Positions 1 to 14,113 of a stretch of 64,000 nucleotides of DNA are shown one piece after another. This DNA is from the human T2T-CHM13v2.0 reference genome, Homo sapiens. The stretch lies in the NCBI RefSeq assembly GCF_009914755.1, contig NC_060927.1. One strand, 5' to 3'. Below the pieces are notes generated by a model. The model saw nothing but the letters and a program-made list of their open reading frames with translations, did no database searches and was not told where the DNA came from. Position 1 is the first letter of the stretch. Every line of letters starts with the position of its first letter. Position numbers and translations under genes: made by a program.

Positions 1-300
1 ACAAGCACTGTGGAGATGATGGCAGTTCATGTCTAGGGCAGGACTGGAACACAGGTCCCCTCACTTCTTGTTTATTGCATTTTTCTTTTATTATTTGTAG
101 TCATCTCCATACCTACAGGCTACTACTCTGGACATATTTATTTCCTTGCAATGTCAAAGGTAAGGTTGTTTATGTTGCTTCAGATGAAACAACATAAGGA
201 TGCACTGGTCTGATGGTTCTTTTTTCCAAGTCAGATTCTGAATGACTGTGTTCTTATGCTTACAACACTTATATGTCTGATTTTGATCTTTGTATGGATG

Positions 301-657
301 CATTTATTTATTTTTATTTTGAAAATATTTAATTGTTTAGAGCTGTTTTAGGTTCACAGCCAAACTAAGCAGTAAGTGCAGAGGGTCCTCATATACTTCC
401 TGCCCCTACACATACAAACCTCCCCACCATTACAGAGCTGCGCATTCCTTACAATCAATAAAGCTACATTAACACATCATTATCACTCAAAGTGCATTGT
501 TGACATTAGGGTTCACGGTTGATTTTGTACATTCTATGGGTTTGACAAACGTATAATGACATGTTTCTACCATTATAGCATCATACAAAATAATTTCACT
601 GCCCTAAAAATCCTCTGTGCTCTGCCTATTCATCCCTCTTTCTTCCACCAATCCCTG
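301..657 (-). mobile_element. L1MC-type LINE-1 3' end fragment
   Basis: T-rich tail followed by 'ttttaggttcacagc...cattatcactcaaagt...atttcactgccctaaaaatcctctgtgctc', typical of an antisense L1MC 3' UTR. Confidence 0.75.
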
Positions 658-1047
658 GTTTGTATTTACTTTAATCATCCATTTTGTCTTTTGCTTTGTC
701 CTAAGGAAAAACAATTCTGCTTTGACTTATAAGGCACACTGTAAGTCATCTCCATACCTGCAGGTTTTTCTCACTTGCTGAAGAGCAATTGCTTGGCTTG
801 TTCAGAATTGACACACCATACTTGACATTGGAGGACGCTAGTTGGGATACCTCAAAATTATTTTTGTGAGTGAGTGTTATGCACTCATATATGACGTAGG
901 TTGATTATTAAGTATTATTGAACAAGTAACCACTATAGTTAATATATTGATAGATAGCTGCAGTTTCCAGATTGAATGTAGCCCTCAAATGGGAACAAAT
1001 GGTCACCAGGCAGAAAGAATAACAATGGCCATTGTAAAGTATCTCAT

Positions 1048-1165
1048 AATGTGACTTTATTTGCAAATGGTGTCATTACAGAGTTAAAATGAGACCATGC
1101 TGGAGTACAGTGACCCCTAATCTAATATAACTGGCATCCTTCTAGAAAGGAGAAAATTGGACATA
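1048..1165 (+). mobile_element. MLT1 (ERVL-MaLR) LTR fragment
   Basis: 'aatgtgactttatttgcaaat...gttaaaatgagacc...ccctaatctaatataactggcatcctt' resembles the MLT1 LTR core. Confidence 0.55.
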
Positions 1166-1329
1166 GCTAGGCACACAAGGTTTCTCCATGAATAACAAAA
1201 TCAAGAGCTTACAGGGAGAAGGCAGCAATATAAATGAGTGAAGTAGAACAGAATTGTGGCAGGATGGATTAGTAGGTTCTGTGGCAAAATGAAAAGTGAC
1301 TTCCCTACCTAAATGGCATTACTATCGTG

Positions 1330-1425
1330 GAGGAAAGTGGAGTCAGTGTTGCCTGATGATCCGATTTTTCAAGAGGAACTTGAAAGCCAACAATTTTATG
1401 TAAAATAGCCGATTTTTTGAAAATA
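1330..1425. mobile_element. Old hAT DNA-transposon fragment (MER102-like)
   Basis: 'cagtgttgcc...ccgatttttcaagag...ttttatgtaaaat...cgatttttt' resembles the recalled MER102 core. Confidence 0.35.
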
Positions 1426-1429
1426 TTTC

Positions 1430-1833
<404 letters not shown>

Positions 1834-3899
1834 TTAGTATTCCACAGAATACTCTTTGGGACCCTCTAAAAATGGGATGATTGCATAATTTTAATATAAA
1901 AGAATAAATTATGAAATATTTAAGGAACACGTACTGTTACCTTACTACTTAATGTCTTACAAGTTCCAAGGTAATTACTATGTCTGTTAAGCATGAGGCA
2001 CTGCTCTATAATACCTAGGCGAATATTCGCCAGTGAGATTTTAATCTGTGGAAAATTAAAGTCTTTCCCTGGGGTATATCAGCCATATAAGATCCCCCAC
2101 TCTGAGGAAAGAAAAATAAATATTTTTATCTTACCGCCTGATCTCTTGTCTTCAGCAGAACTCACACCCAACATACTTACACACATAGACAAGAACACTT
2201 ATCTGGGGCTAAAGAAAAGTGAAAAGTTCATCCAAATTAAGATTTCTTCTTTTTAGAGATAAGAGAAAAAAATTGAGTCCTAATAGCATCAACAGAGGAA
2301 TGAATTGGGAAAAAAATCCAAAAAATAAGTGAGATAATTTCTAGAAAGTGGCCTAAAAGATGGAGGCTATGTTTTTTTTTGTAGACTAGATAACCAACAA
2401 TTTTTTATTTTTTTTAAGGTGCAGGTGATTTGTATATGAATATGATACTTTTTAATATCCAGCATTCTGCCAATAGTGGAAAGTTGGCCAATGACCAAAG
2501 AGCCAGAATGATCTCAGGAGGGCTGACACAAATGGAAGAATCCAGAAATCATCATTTATATATATTTTATTTATTTATTTATAAAGCATAAAACATCAGT
2601 CAGTGGAGTTTAACAGCTGCCCATATCAGAATTAGGAGAATGGACAATTGGCTAGTCATCTAGTTCAAAGACCAGACAAAGCTTCATGATATATACTTCA
2701 AAATGATATCTAGTGGACTATATGCAGATATGTATCTATGACACGATTTGACTGCAATATATCCAAATGAATGTTGTATTTTAATCAAATGGGCATAAAA
2801 CTTTTCTTTCAAACGAGTTCTTTAAAAAAAATGCTGAAAATTTCCAGGTAGATATTTCTCCAGTTGAACAGTTTTATAGTGTAATATCTTCTATGCCCCA
2901 ATTTTTCTCACTAGGTTGAGTTAACACTATGTAAATGATTTAGGGTGACAAATGGCAAAATGTATAATTTCTGCATATGATACATATTTGCTATTGGTAT
3001 TGAAATAAAACAATGGAAGATAGCAGGAACATCTTCAATAATATTTGACTCATCTCAAAACCAACCTAACCACTGTTAGACTAACTTTATGAAATATCTT
3101 CAGTCATTTGATTGTGTAACTGAACTCTTCTGCCAGCTAAGTCTTTCCATTGAATGGAAATAATAGTTACCAAGTTACCATAGGAACCCAGAGGGTTATA
3201 GTGATTTCTATTTGGCATGTAGTTCATTACTGAGGGTAAGATACTGTTGTCAGCCTCTCTCCTCACTACTCTTTCTGCTCTAGGACATGAACACTAAATG
3301 CTGTTAACCATCTTATTTTGCTGTTTGTTGGACAGGGAACTGACACTGTCACTCAACCACCAGTGAAGCAAGGAAAAATAAGAAAGAGGAACCTTCAGAA
3401 GAAGAGCTAGCTTGCCATCTGATACTTTCTTTGTCTGGAGGTTTGTTTTTAGAGAAGATGGTAAATAAATCTTTCTTATTGGTTGGTTTGAATGAAACCA
3501 TTGACTTCTCTTTTATCCAAGTGTATTTGTCAGAATTGATCCAGAGGGAGAGAAAGGCTCTTGAAATATGAGATCTAAACTATGTAGTTCTTAAGATGAT
3601 TATTATGTATAAGTGTGATTATTTGTGTTTAAGGGGTATACAGGGCCAGCAACAGGGATGGAAACAGGAATATAATGGATTAGCATCTCAAAGAACACTT
3701 AATGTCACTTTACTTATTATTCCTCACCCTCTTTATTTCCCACAGGAAAAATGAAAATTATGGCATTCACACCAGTTCTGATGAGAACTAAGGTCAAGAC
3801 AAATATGTATTTTCTCAGACCTTTGAAATACTACACATGAGCTGACAACTTTCTCTCAAGAAAAATTCCTTCTTAGAAGGCAAAAATTCAATGGCAATG

Positions 3900-5113
3900 C
3901 ATTCTCATTTTTTAAAATAGTGAGCTATAAAAACCAAGGTTTTCTACCAGCCTTTTCAACCATGTTGGAAGGCTTCCTGGTGTATTCCTCCCGAGCAAGG
4001 AAGGCCAATCGTACCTATGTGGTCTCCAGATGCCAGAATACTCCGTCTGACCTGGCGACATCTATTCTTGCATTCGTTGGAATGGCATTTTCTGGGTCAT
4101 CAAAAGTACCCCTTCAAAATTGCTAAAATGTCAGCTCTTTTGTTGGGGCTTCTCCAGGGCGACTTTGCTTCCCTAGCCACCTTGTTGGGAAACAGCTGGG
4201 AGTTGTTGGCTTTATCCAAATGTGTCAAATTGAATATTGAATCAGCAAGGTCTGTAAATGTTTATTATTGAATTCCAACAGATCTCATAGGATTTGATTC
4301 TGTATCCAGGGTATGAACAACTCACCCTCTTTCCTTAGATTAGACACATAGAATTTTGTGTCACTGCTTAAAATGAACCAGGAGACTACTGTACACACAA
4401 GATAAAGTAGTGGCCCCAAAAGGATTTTTTTTCCTCCTGATGAAGTGTACTACGTATTCTGGAATTGCTGCATCTTTTTCCCTCTCATGGTAAGGGGAAT
4501 GTCCAGCAGCATCATAAAACTCCTGCATAACAACAACAACAAAAGCATATTTCTGGTGCAAGATTGGTTTGACATTTTCTTTGTTCATTTGCTCTGCTCT
4601 GAAAATATATTCAATGTGGCAGAACTTCCTTATTCTTATCAAAATTGTGAAGGGAGTCAGTAAAACATTCCTTGACAAAACAAATTATAGTAAATATGCA
4701 CAAAACCAGGCACTTAATTGTACTGTTGTCTTCTATGACATTTTTTTCAGAAGCTAATATAGTTCTTATTAAAATGTCTCCTAAGAGAGCCTGGTGTTCA
4801 CTATGTTTCTAAGGTCATGTTTTTTGTTCAGTTGCTGTAATTTCCACAAATAATACTGGAAAACATGAAGAAGATGAATCAGAGGATAAGGATGTGCTCT
4901 CTCTCTTAAGACAGGCTAATATAGATCTTTTTTCAAGAATTACTAAAACAGAAGTCCATCTTACTTTGCACAAAAGCAGATTTTTGCTTTTCGTCTGCTG
5001 TATCAGGGAAGCAGAGGTCTTCATAAGTAACTTTTAGTAAGTTTTTTTTGTGAATGATAAAACCTCTTTTCTCCTTCTTTCTCCATCTTAGTGACAAACA
5101 TTTTGACACCACT
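3900..5113 (-). pseudogene. Large candidate pseudo-exon(s) with RGS-like motifs
   Basis: Polypyrimidine tract plus ttttag acceptor at 5115-5114. Translations: KNLLLCK/DGLLF**FLKKD; MQEFYDAAGHSPYHEREKDAAIPEYVVHFI (ORF 4361-4678); then a frameshift to ILSSDTKFYVSNLRKEGELFIPWIQNQIL*DL. Possible internal donor GTGAGT at 4325. Confidence 0.45.
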
Positions 5114-5572
5114 CTAAAAATTATGGAAAATAAGCAGAAAGGAAAAACAGACACTGTGTGACACTGTCAAAAATCCCTGGGCATTTCAAAATGTTAGCTC
5201 TGCATGAAGGAATATGTATTTGTCTAATTTCACACTTGGATAGTGAATCATTAATCCAGAATGAAAATGGACATTTTGCTTCTCAGGATTCCCCCTTTCT
5301 TTTAAAGTAGCCAATCACACAGCTTAATTTTTCATCACTTAAATAAAGAAACAGTATTTGAAAATTATTTCTTGTACATCTCATTTTTCCACAAGCACTC
5401 TAATTAGACCACATGAAATATGAAGCTATTTACATATCTGTCCAATATAACTATTTTTCATTCCCCTATTTGACCTTGATTTTGTGGCTTTTTATTCTCT
5501 ATTACTGTTTATTTTCTTGTAGAATTAGAAAAAAAATTCTAATATTTAAACAAAACATTACATCGTTCTCAA

Positions 5573-5626
5573 CCTTTTAGATTTCTTAGTATTTCAAATC
5601 CTTTTAGATTTCTTAGTATTTTAAAT
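5573..5626. repeat. 27-bp tandem duplication
   Basis: ccttttagatttcttagtatttcaaat followed by ccttttagatttcttagtattttaaat (1 mismatch). Confidence 0.9.
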
Positions 5627-6919
5627 ATCAAGGTAAGCAAATTTGATTTTGTTTTCTTTACATTGGGAGAACATGTGTGGCCAGATGATGGCATTATATG
5701 TGTTAATAGCTAACCTTTTGTAACTGCTACATTTAGCCTTTTAACAAATTCTTGAATAATCCAATCACTATTTCTCAAATAAATAAAATGAAATTTGCAG
5801 AATTAGAAAACCCATAATTAATAAATATTTTCTCTATGTCAGTGAGATTCTGTGGTTGAAATAGCTAGCTGACATATTAAGTAAGATAGACTAAACAATT
5901 TTTAATATATTTAGTAATAAAAATCTATGTGTGTGTGTTTCTGTGCCTGAGCAAGAAGGATTCTAAGGGTCTCTTCAAGGTCAATGAACTAAAAAGCATT
6001 ACCTAAGGATTCAAACACAGGTTTAACAACACATATTGTCTTTGAAATCAGATAGATTTCAAGAATCCCTAGACTTCTGCTGTTCAGTAATTGTCTATGG
6101 GTCAATAGTAGTTCCTTAACTTAATAGTAGTTCATTAACTTAAGCCATCCAGAAATTTTCTGCGGAAACACACGATAACAACACAACAACATGTAAATAC
6201 AAACACAAACAAATCAAAATAATTCATTTCATGATCTAATAGCATTAAGCAACTACTCCTACCTTGTGGCATATATGTGCCTGCAGCTGGTAGATGCTGG
6301 GATAGTAAGCTCGAGTCAGTAGGTAGTTGGAATTCAAACTCAATGGATTTCAATTGTTGTAATGCAAGCTCAATGAATTTAATTATATCTTTTAATCTGT
6401 TCTTGTTAATGTTCAGCTATGATATCAATGTGTATAAGGAATTATGCCACATATAGTTTTTAAAATTTAATATTGTTAATCTAATTAATTAAAATGTAAT
6501 CAAAGAAAAGAATGCATGTGGCATCATGCATGTGTTTTTCTTAAGTGCTTTAATATTTGAAAAAATCAATTGAATGACACTGCTATTAGAGAATCTTTTA
6601 GAGCATCAATATCTTTAAATCCCCTCTTGCTATAATACCTCATTAAAACACACACACACTTTTTTATTACTAAATATATTAAAATCATTTCATCTTTATC
6701 TTAGTTAATATGTCAGTTTGCTATTTCAACCACAGAATCTCATTGGCAAAAATTGAAAATATGTATTAATTATGGGTTTTGTAAGCTTGGTTGGAGTGAT
6801 TTGACTCTGCCATTTAGCAGTCTCTTAAAGTCCACAGTGTTAAGTCTCACGTTTCCTTCTCTTAGAATGCATATTCTTCTTGAGTGAATTTATTTCCTTC
6901 TATTGCTTTTAAAAGCCCC

Positions 6920-7290
6920 ACTAGAATGTAATCTCCCTGAGAGTAATTTTGTGCCTAGAACACTGACTGACATACAGTAGGTACTCGATATATATTGATT
7001 GAATACATGAATGATGACCAGATAGGTGTCTCTGAATTAAATCTATCTCCTGACCTCCACATATTTAAATATTTATTCTATATCTCCAGGGGGTTCTAAA
7101 ACTCACTACACTAAGAGCAGAATTCTTATTTTTCCAAACCCAACGAAACTTCTTTGTTGCTCATCTGAAAAAACAAAAAACAAAAAATAAAAAAACATTC
7201 ATTTTCCTAGTTGTCAAGCCAAAATTGATGGCTGCATCTTCCACATTTCTTTTGCTCCTGTACTCTACAACTGTCACCAAATTCTGTCAA
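6920..7290 (-). mobile_element. L2 remnants
   Basis: 'gtgcctagaacactgactgacatacagtaggtactcgatatatattgattgaata' is an L2 3' end; L2-like body sequence follows. Confidence 0.55.
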
Positions 7291-7394
7291 TCTTTCTCAG
7301 GGAATTTGGAGGCTAAATATTTTGGTGTTTTTCAACTTTTTAGAGACTGAAACAAAACAAAACCCTCTACATTAAAAATCAGTCTATCCGTCTA

Positions 7395-8708
7395 ACAGCT
7401 TACAGCTCCAGATTTTAGATCTAAATCTTTAGTCCATTTTGAGTTGATTTTTTTGTGTGTGTATGGTGTAAGACAAGAGTCCAGTTTCATTATTTTGCAT
7501 GTGAATATACAGTTTTCCCAACACCTTTTGTTGAAGAGATAGTCCTTTTGCCATTGCGTATCCTTGGCACCCTTGTCAAAGATTAATTGACTGAATATGC
7601 CTGGATTTATTTCTGAGCATTTTATTCTGTTCCATGTAAATGTGTGTTTTTACACAAGTTCTATATGGGTTTAATCACTATAGTTTTCAAATCAGAATGT
7701 GTGATGTCTCCATCTTTGTCCTTTGCTTTGGCTGTTCAGGGTCTTTTAGTTCCATATGAATTTTTGAATTTTATTCTCCTTTTCTGTAAAAAAAAAAGTC
7801 ACTGGGATTTTGAGAAGAATTGCATTGAATATGTAGATCCTTTTGGGTAGTATGGGCATTTTAGCAATATTAAATCTACCTATCTATGAACATGAATGCT
7901 TTTCTCTTTGTTTATATCTTTTTAAATTTCTTTCATCAGTGATATATAGTTTTCAGTGTACAAATCTTTCACCTTCCTGGTCAAGTTTATTCCTAATTAA
8001 TTTTATTTTTTGATGCTATTATAAATGGGATTATTTTCTTAATTTCATTTTCATATAATTTAATATTACTGTTGATATTTAATATAATTTCTACAATTAT
8101 ATAGAAATGCAGCTGATTTTTGTATGCTGATTTTGCATCCTGAAACTTTATTGTATTTGTTTTAAGTCCTAACACATTTTTTTGGAGTCTCTAGGATTTT
8201 CTACATGTAAGATTATGTTTTCTGAAAATAGAGACAATTTTAGTTCTTCCTTTCTGATTCTGATTATTTGACTTCTTTTTCTTGCTTAATTGCTTGGCTA
8301 GAACTTCCAATACTATGTCAACTCGAAGTGGCAACAGTGGGTTTTTGTGCCTTCTTCCTGATCTTAGAGAAAAAAGCTTTCAGTTTTTTACCATTGAGAA
8401 TGATGTTAGCAGTGGGATTTTCAGATGTGGCCTTTATTGGGTTGAGCTACTTTCCTTCTCCACCTAGTTTGTTAAGAGATTTTATCATAAAAATGTGTTG
8501 AATATGTCAATTTTTTTCTGCATCTATTAAAATAATTATGTTATTTTAATCTTTTAATTTGTTATTATGCTGTATCATGTTAGTTGACTTGCATATGTTG
8601 AAAACAATCTTGAATTTTTGGGATAAATTTTGCTTGGTAATGGTGTATGATCCTTTTAATGTGCTATTGAATTTGGTTTGCTAATATTTTGTTAAGGATT
8701 TTTGCAGT
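7395..8708 (-). mobile_element. L1MA ORF2 region, inverted 5' portion of a twin-primed insertion
   Basis: Antisense L1 ORF2 sequence ('tccattttgagttgattttt...cagttttcccaacac...gatccttttaatgtgct'). Confidence 0.88.
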
Positions 8709-9800
8709 GAACATAGCAATGATTTAGTGTATAGAAGACCAAAAGCAAAAGCAACAAATGCAAAATTAGACCAGCAAAACTATATCAAATAACAAAACTT
8801 CTACACAGAAAAAAAAGTCAACAGAGTGAAAGGGCAACCTATAGACTGAAAGAAAATATTTGCAGAACATCCATCTGATAAGAGATTAATGTATAAAATA
8901 TAGAAGGATCTCCTATAATACAATGACAATAAAACAAATAATACAATTTAAAATAGGCAAAAATCTTACATAGACATTTCTTCAGAAAAGACATACAAAT
9001 GGCCACCAGGTATATGAAAAGATGCTCAGCATCACTAATCATGAGGGAAATGAAAATCAAAACCACAATGAAGTTTCACCTTTCATATGTTAAGATGTCT
9101 GTATAAAAAATAAAAATAAAGAAGATAACAAGTATTGGTGAGGAAGTAGAGGAAATTAGAACCCTTTTACATTGTTTGTCTGACTGTAAAATGGTGCAGC
9201 CACTATGAATAACATTATGATAATTCCTCAAAAAGTTAAAAATAGAATTTTTATATGATCCAGCAATATCATTGGGAGTATATAATTGAAGAAGTGAAAT
9301 GAGGATCTCTAAGAAATGTATTTATTTTCATGCTCATTGGAGCATTCTTCCCAATAGCCAAGATATGAAAACAACTAAATACCCACCAAAAGATGAAGGG
9401 ATAAAGAACATGTGGTTTATGAATGCAATAGAATGTTATTTAGCCTTAAAAAAAAGGAAATCTTGCCATCTGCAACAACATAGATAAACATGGAGGACAT
9501 TATGCTTAATGAAATAAGCCAGTTACAGAAGGTCAGTGCTGCATGATTCCACTTAAATTAGATATCTAAAATAGTCAAAGTCATTAAAACAGAAAGCAGA
9601 ATGGTGGTTGCCAGGGTTGGAGGTGGGGGAGAAAATAGGGATTTGTTGTTCAACAGATATAAACTTTTAGTTATGCAAGATAAATAAGTTCTAGAGATCT
9701 GCTGTGCAATATTGTGCCTATAGTTAGCAGTATTGTATAGTGCACAAGATTTGTTAAGAGGTAGATCGCATGTTAAGTGTTCATACCACAATACAAAAAT
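8709..9800 (+). mobile_element. L1MA (approx. MA8-10) ORF2 end plus 3' UTR, direct portion of the same insertion
   Basis: Sense L1: 'agacatttcttcagaaaagacatacaaatggcc...aaatcaaaaccacaatga...gtagatcgcatgttaagtgttcataccaca' plus A-tail. Confidence 0.9.
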
Positions 9801-10499
9801 TAACCTATCTTCATTTATAATTTTTTCTTATGGACAATAGAGATAACTTGCTGCTGCTCTCCAGAGTCTGTCTTTCACTGGACCATTATTGTTTGATTAT
9901 CTTCTTTTTTTCATACCCCTATCCGCTCACTCTCCAAAGTTTGCTTCTGTGTACACATGGAGGGGATAATCTTCCATGGTAAAAATTGCCAGTCACGTAT
10001 TTCTGGTGTTGCTCTTACTGTTATTATATGTAATCAAAGAGTTATCTATACTCAAGGCTTGTCTTTCCTTCCAGGCAACCAATTTCTCAATATCTTGAAA
10101 CTCATTTTCCCTCATGTTTATTCACTGAAATTCTTTTCTCATGTCATCAGTAACCTCCAAACTACTCAATCCAATCACCTTTTTGTGGTTCTTAGCTTTT
10201 GTATTGACTTATTAACTATTTCTAAACATTTTATTATAATATGCCAAGTGTTTCTCTACGTTGTTTGTCTGTATTGAATATCCATTCATTCTGGAAACTT
10301 TTCCTTTCTCCCTGAAGCCTTATTAAATCTTAATATTTTTACTTTAAAAAAATCTTATTTTCTATCAAATCTTGCCACTCTCTTCTAAATACATACATTT
10401 TTCAAGGTTCTTTTCTAAGCTTTTTTTGTGCACCATAATCTCTTTCTTATGATACTATCTTATATTTTCAATCCTTAATAATTATCTTTTTGTGCGTAA

Positions 10500-10836
<337 letters not shown>

Positions 10837-11780
10837 CCAATCTTGCTTTTTCATTAGGCTCCACATGCTTATTTTTACCTGATAGACATTTTAAACTTCT
10901 TTCCTGCTAAAGCCTCAAACATAAAATGTCTAAAACCAAATGTAATGGCTCTCCTACCTTTTAGGAGGAGAATTTTTCAGCAAGCACACAAACATCACAC
11001 AAACATCCCTTTGTTTTCCTCTACCTGTTGAGACATGGATTTTTTCCCTCAAAGGTATAATCTTGTTCCACGTCTCTAAGTATCAACAAGTTCCTGCTTT
11101 ATCCTCTGAATATTGTGCCCTCCCTCAACCTTTTTTTCTAAATATCTTTTAATTATCAAATAAAATTTATATCATTCGTTACCTCCTCTGGGAAACTTTC
11201 ACAGATATCTAGTCTTAATTAAATGTTCCCCCTCTGTGTTTCCATTACATACTACACAACTCTTTATTCTAGCACTTATAAATCAACACTATATAAAATT
11301 TTTTTGTTGGTCTCCCTGATGAGATTATTAAAACTTGTGAGTAAGGATTATGTCTTCTTTATTCTTATATCACCATTTTACTAGGTAGATGTATACACAG
11401 ATTGATTGAAAAAAAAAGGGAGAAAAAAGGAAAATAAAAGAGAAAAAAAGTTTTCTTTTTTCTCCAAATCAGGACTTGATGAATTCTATTCTTTTCTAAT
11501 CATTCACAATCTAAATTGTGACTTCTTCCCAACTCTCGTTCATATAATTATTTTCTGGTTTTCGTTTTCTATTACTTGCTCTCAGTTTTTAAATGCTGCT
11601 TCCATAGTTCTTGATCTTAAAGTCCAATTGGTTCTAAATAATTTCAGTGGTATCCTAATGGTTTTCTTTGTTTCTTTTCCCTCTCAATTACATTGCCTTC
11701 TTCACACTGCCACTAAATCACTTTTTCTAAAGCATTCCTTTAAGAAAATTATTCTTCCAAATCTTTCAGTGGCTTATCAT

Positions 11781-12981
11781 CTTTTTTTTTACTATGTTTT
11801 TATTTTTTAATTTTTTTAATGATGTTTCCATATGTGTATTCATTTTTTTTTATACTTTAAGTTCTAGGGTACATATGCACAACGTGAAGGTTTGTAACAT
11901 ATGTATACATATGCCATGTTGTTGTGCTGCACCCATTAACTCGTCATTTACATTAGGTATAACTCCTAATGCTAGCCCTCCCCGCTCCCCCTACCCTAGA
12001 CAGGCCCCAGTGTGTGATGTTCCCCATCCTGTGTCTAAGTGTTCTCATTGTTCAATTCCCACCTATGAGTGAGAACATGCAGTGTTTGGTTTTCTGTCCT
12101 TGCAATAGTTTGCTCAGAATGATGGTCTCCAGCTTCATCCATGTCCCTCCAAAGGACATGATCTCATCATTTTTTATGGCTGCATAGTATTCCATGGTGT
12201 ATATGTGCCACATTTTCTTAATCCAGTCTATCGTTGATGGACATTTGGGTTGGTTCCAAGTCTTTGCCATTGTGAATAATGCCTCAATAAACATATGTGT
12301 GCATGTGTCTTTATAGTAGCATGATTTATAATCCTTTGAGTATATACCCAGTAATGGGATGGTTGGGTCAAATGGTGTTTCTAGTTGTAGATCCTTGAGA
12401 AATCACCCTTCCGCAATGGCTGAACTAGTTTACAGTCCCACCAACAGTGTAAAAGTGTTCCTATTTCTCCACATCCTCTCCAGCACCTGTTGTTTCCTGA
12501 CTTTGTAATGATCTCCATTCTAACTGGTGTGAGATGGTATCTCATTGTGGTTTTAATTTGCATTTCTCTGATGGCCAGTGATGATGAGTATTTTTTCATG
12601 TGTCTGTTGGCTGCATAAATGTCTTCTTTTAAGAAGTGTCTGTTCATATCCTTTGCCCACTTTTTGATGGGGTTGTTTGAGTTTTTCTTGTAAATTTGTT
12701 TAAGTTCTTTGTAGATGCTGGAAATTAGCCCTTTGTCAGATGGGTAGATTGCAAAAATTTTCTCCAATTTTGTAGGTTGCCTGTTCACTCTGATGATAGT
12801 TTCTTTTGCTGTGCAGAAGCTCTTTAGTTTAATTAGATCCCATTTGTCAATTTTGGCTTTTGTTGCCATTGCTTTTGGTGTTTTAGACATGAAGTCCTTG
12901 CCCATGCCTATGTGCTGAATGGTATTGCCTAGGTTTTCTTCTAGGGTGTTTATGGTTTTAGGTCTAACATTTAAGTCTTTA
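11781..12981 (-). mobile_element. L1PA 5'-truncated insertion (~1.1 kb: ORF2 C-terminus and 3' UTR)
   Basis: ORFs 12381-12905 ([35 protein letters not shown]...) and 12052-12294 are L1 ORF2p C-terminal sequence; the UTR starts 'ttatactttaagttctagggtacat'. A small deletion near 12405 breaks the frame. Confidence 0.97.
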
Positions 12982-13650
12982 TCATCATCTAGCGATTAAA
13001 GGCCTAGTATCTACTATCACTTTCATTTCTTTGTGACCAATCTGTCTAAGCTCTCATCAAATACTCTTATATATAATCCCCATGTTTTCAGTCCAGTGGG
13101 TGTCCTTCTTATCTTGAGCCCATATTTTGCACCTTCCCTCACCTCCTATCCTGTTGCCCCTCACTCTGTTATACTCAGATTATTTTTCCTTATTTTTTTT
13201 TCCATTTCTCTTATTTTAAAAGGTTTTTCAACCCTAAGGCATGCAAGAAGAATCTTGTGATTGATATTTTACTGTCTACTTCTCTTGGAACTCACCTCTC
13301 TCTCCTCAAACAGCTATAGAATTTTACTTTGTGATACTACTCAGGTGGCCCAAGTCTGTTCTTTCTTCTTCTTATCTTTCATAAGTATTATAGTGACTAC
13401 TCTACTTGCAAGATCTTTTCTACTGTATATTATAGCCTTTGAGATCAAAGGTTTAAATTTCTATCCTGAACATATAAGTGTTCAATTAATCTTTGCTTAA
13501 CATCAGAATACAGACAGGTTAAAGGCATCAGCAAGTGAATAAAGAATCCATCTTCCATTCTTCTGAACTGACCAGAGGTCTATATTCACTTTCTGAGATA
13601 ATAGCCAGTTGGTGTTCTAAAGGGAAAAAATTGAATCTGTCACCCTTTTC

Positions 13651-13964
13651 TTCTTTTCTTTTTTTTTTTTTTTTTTTTTGAGACGGAGTCTCGCTCTGCC
13701 TGTCGCCCAGGCTGGAGTGCAGTGTTGCCATCTAGGCTCACTGCAAGCTCCGCCTCCCGGGTTCACGCCATTCTCCTGCCTCAGCCTCCCGAGTAGCTGG
13801 GACTACAGGCGCCTGCCACCACGCCCGGCTAATTTTTTGTATTTTTAGTAGAGACGGGGTTTCACCGTGTTAGCCAGGATGGTCTCGATCTCCTGACCTC
13901 GTGATCCGCCTGCCTTGGCCTCCCAAAGTGCTGGGATTACAGGCGTGAGCCACCGCGCCCAGCT
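13651..13964 (-). mobile_element. AluY with perfect 15-bp TSD
   Basis: AluY diagnostics (ctgcaagctccgcctcccgggttcacgcc, ccgtgttagccaggatgg). TSD tctgtcacccttttc at 13636-13650 and 13965-13979. Confidence 0.98.
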
Positions 13965-14113
13965 TCTGTCACCCTTTTCAATGATATTCAAGACTATGTG
14001 GGCAGCCATATTTACATCACCTACTACTCTGTGAGTACTCATTGTGATTTGTATTTGACTTTTATTTGAGGAAACTTGTTGCCCTCCTCATTGCAAACAA
14101 TATTTATTCTTAC

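Noticed and set aside
4940-5040. Resemblance of VTYEDLCFPD...DGLL to lipoxygenase (LTYxSLCFP...RDDGLL)
   Set aside because: No downstream lipoxygenase motifs (for example HAAVNFGQ); the surrounding motifs fit an RGS-like reading better.
4830-5040. Plus-strand open frame VAVISTNNTGKHEEDESEDKDVLSLLRQ...
   Set aside because: No start codon or matching plus-strand coding exons; likely the antisense shadow of the minus-strand block.
12381-12905. 174-aa ORF as a functional gene
   Set aside because: C-terminal piece of L1 ORF2p in a 5'-truncated, frameshifted copy.
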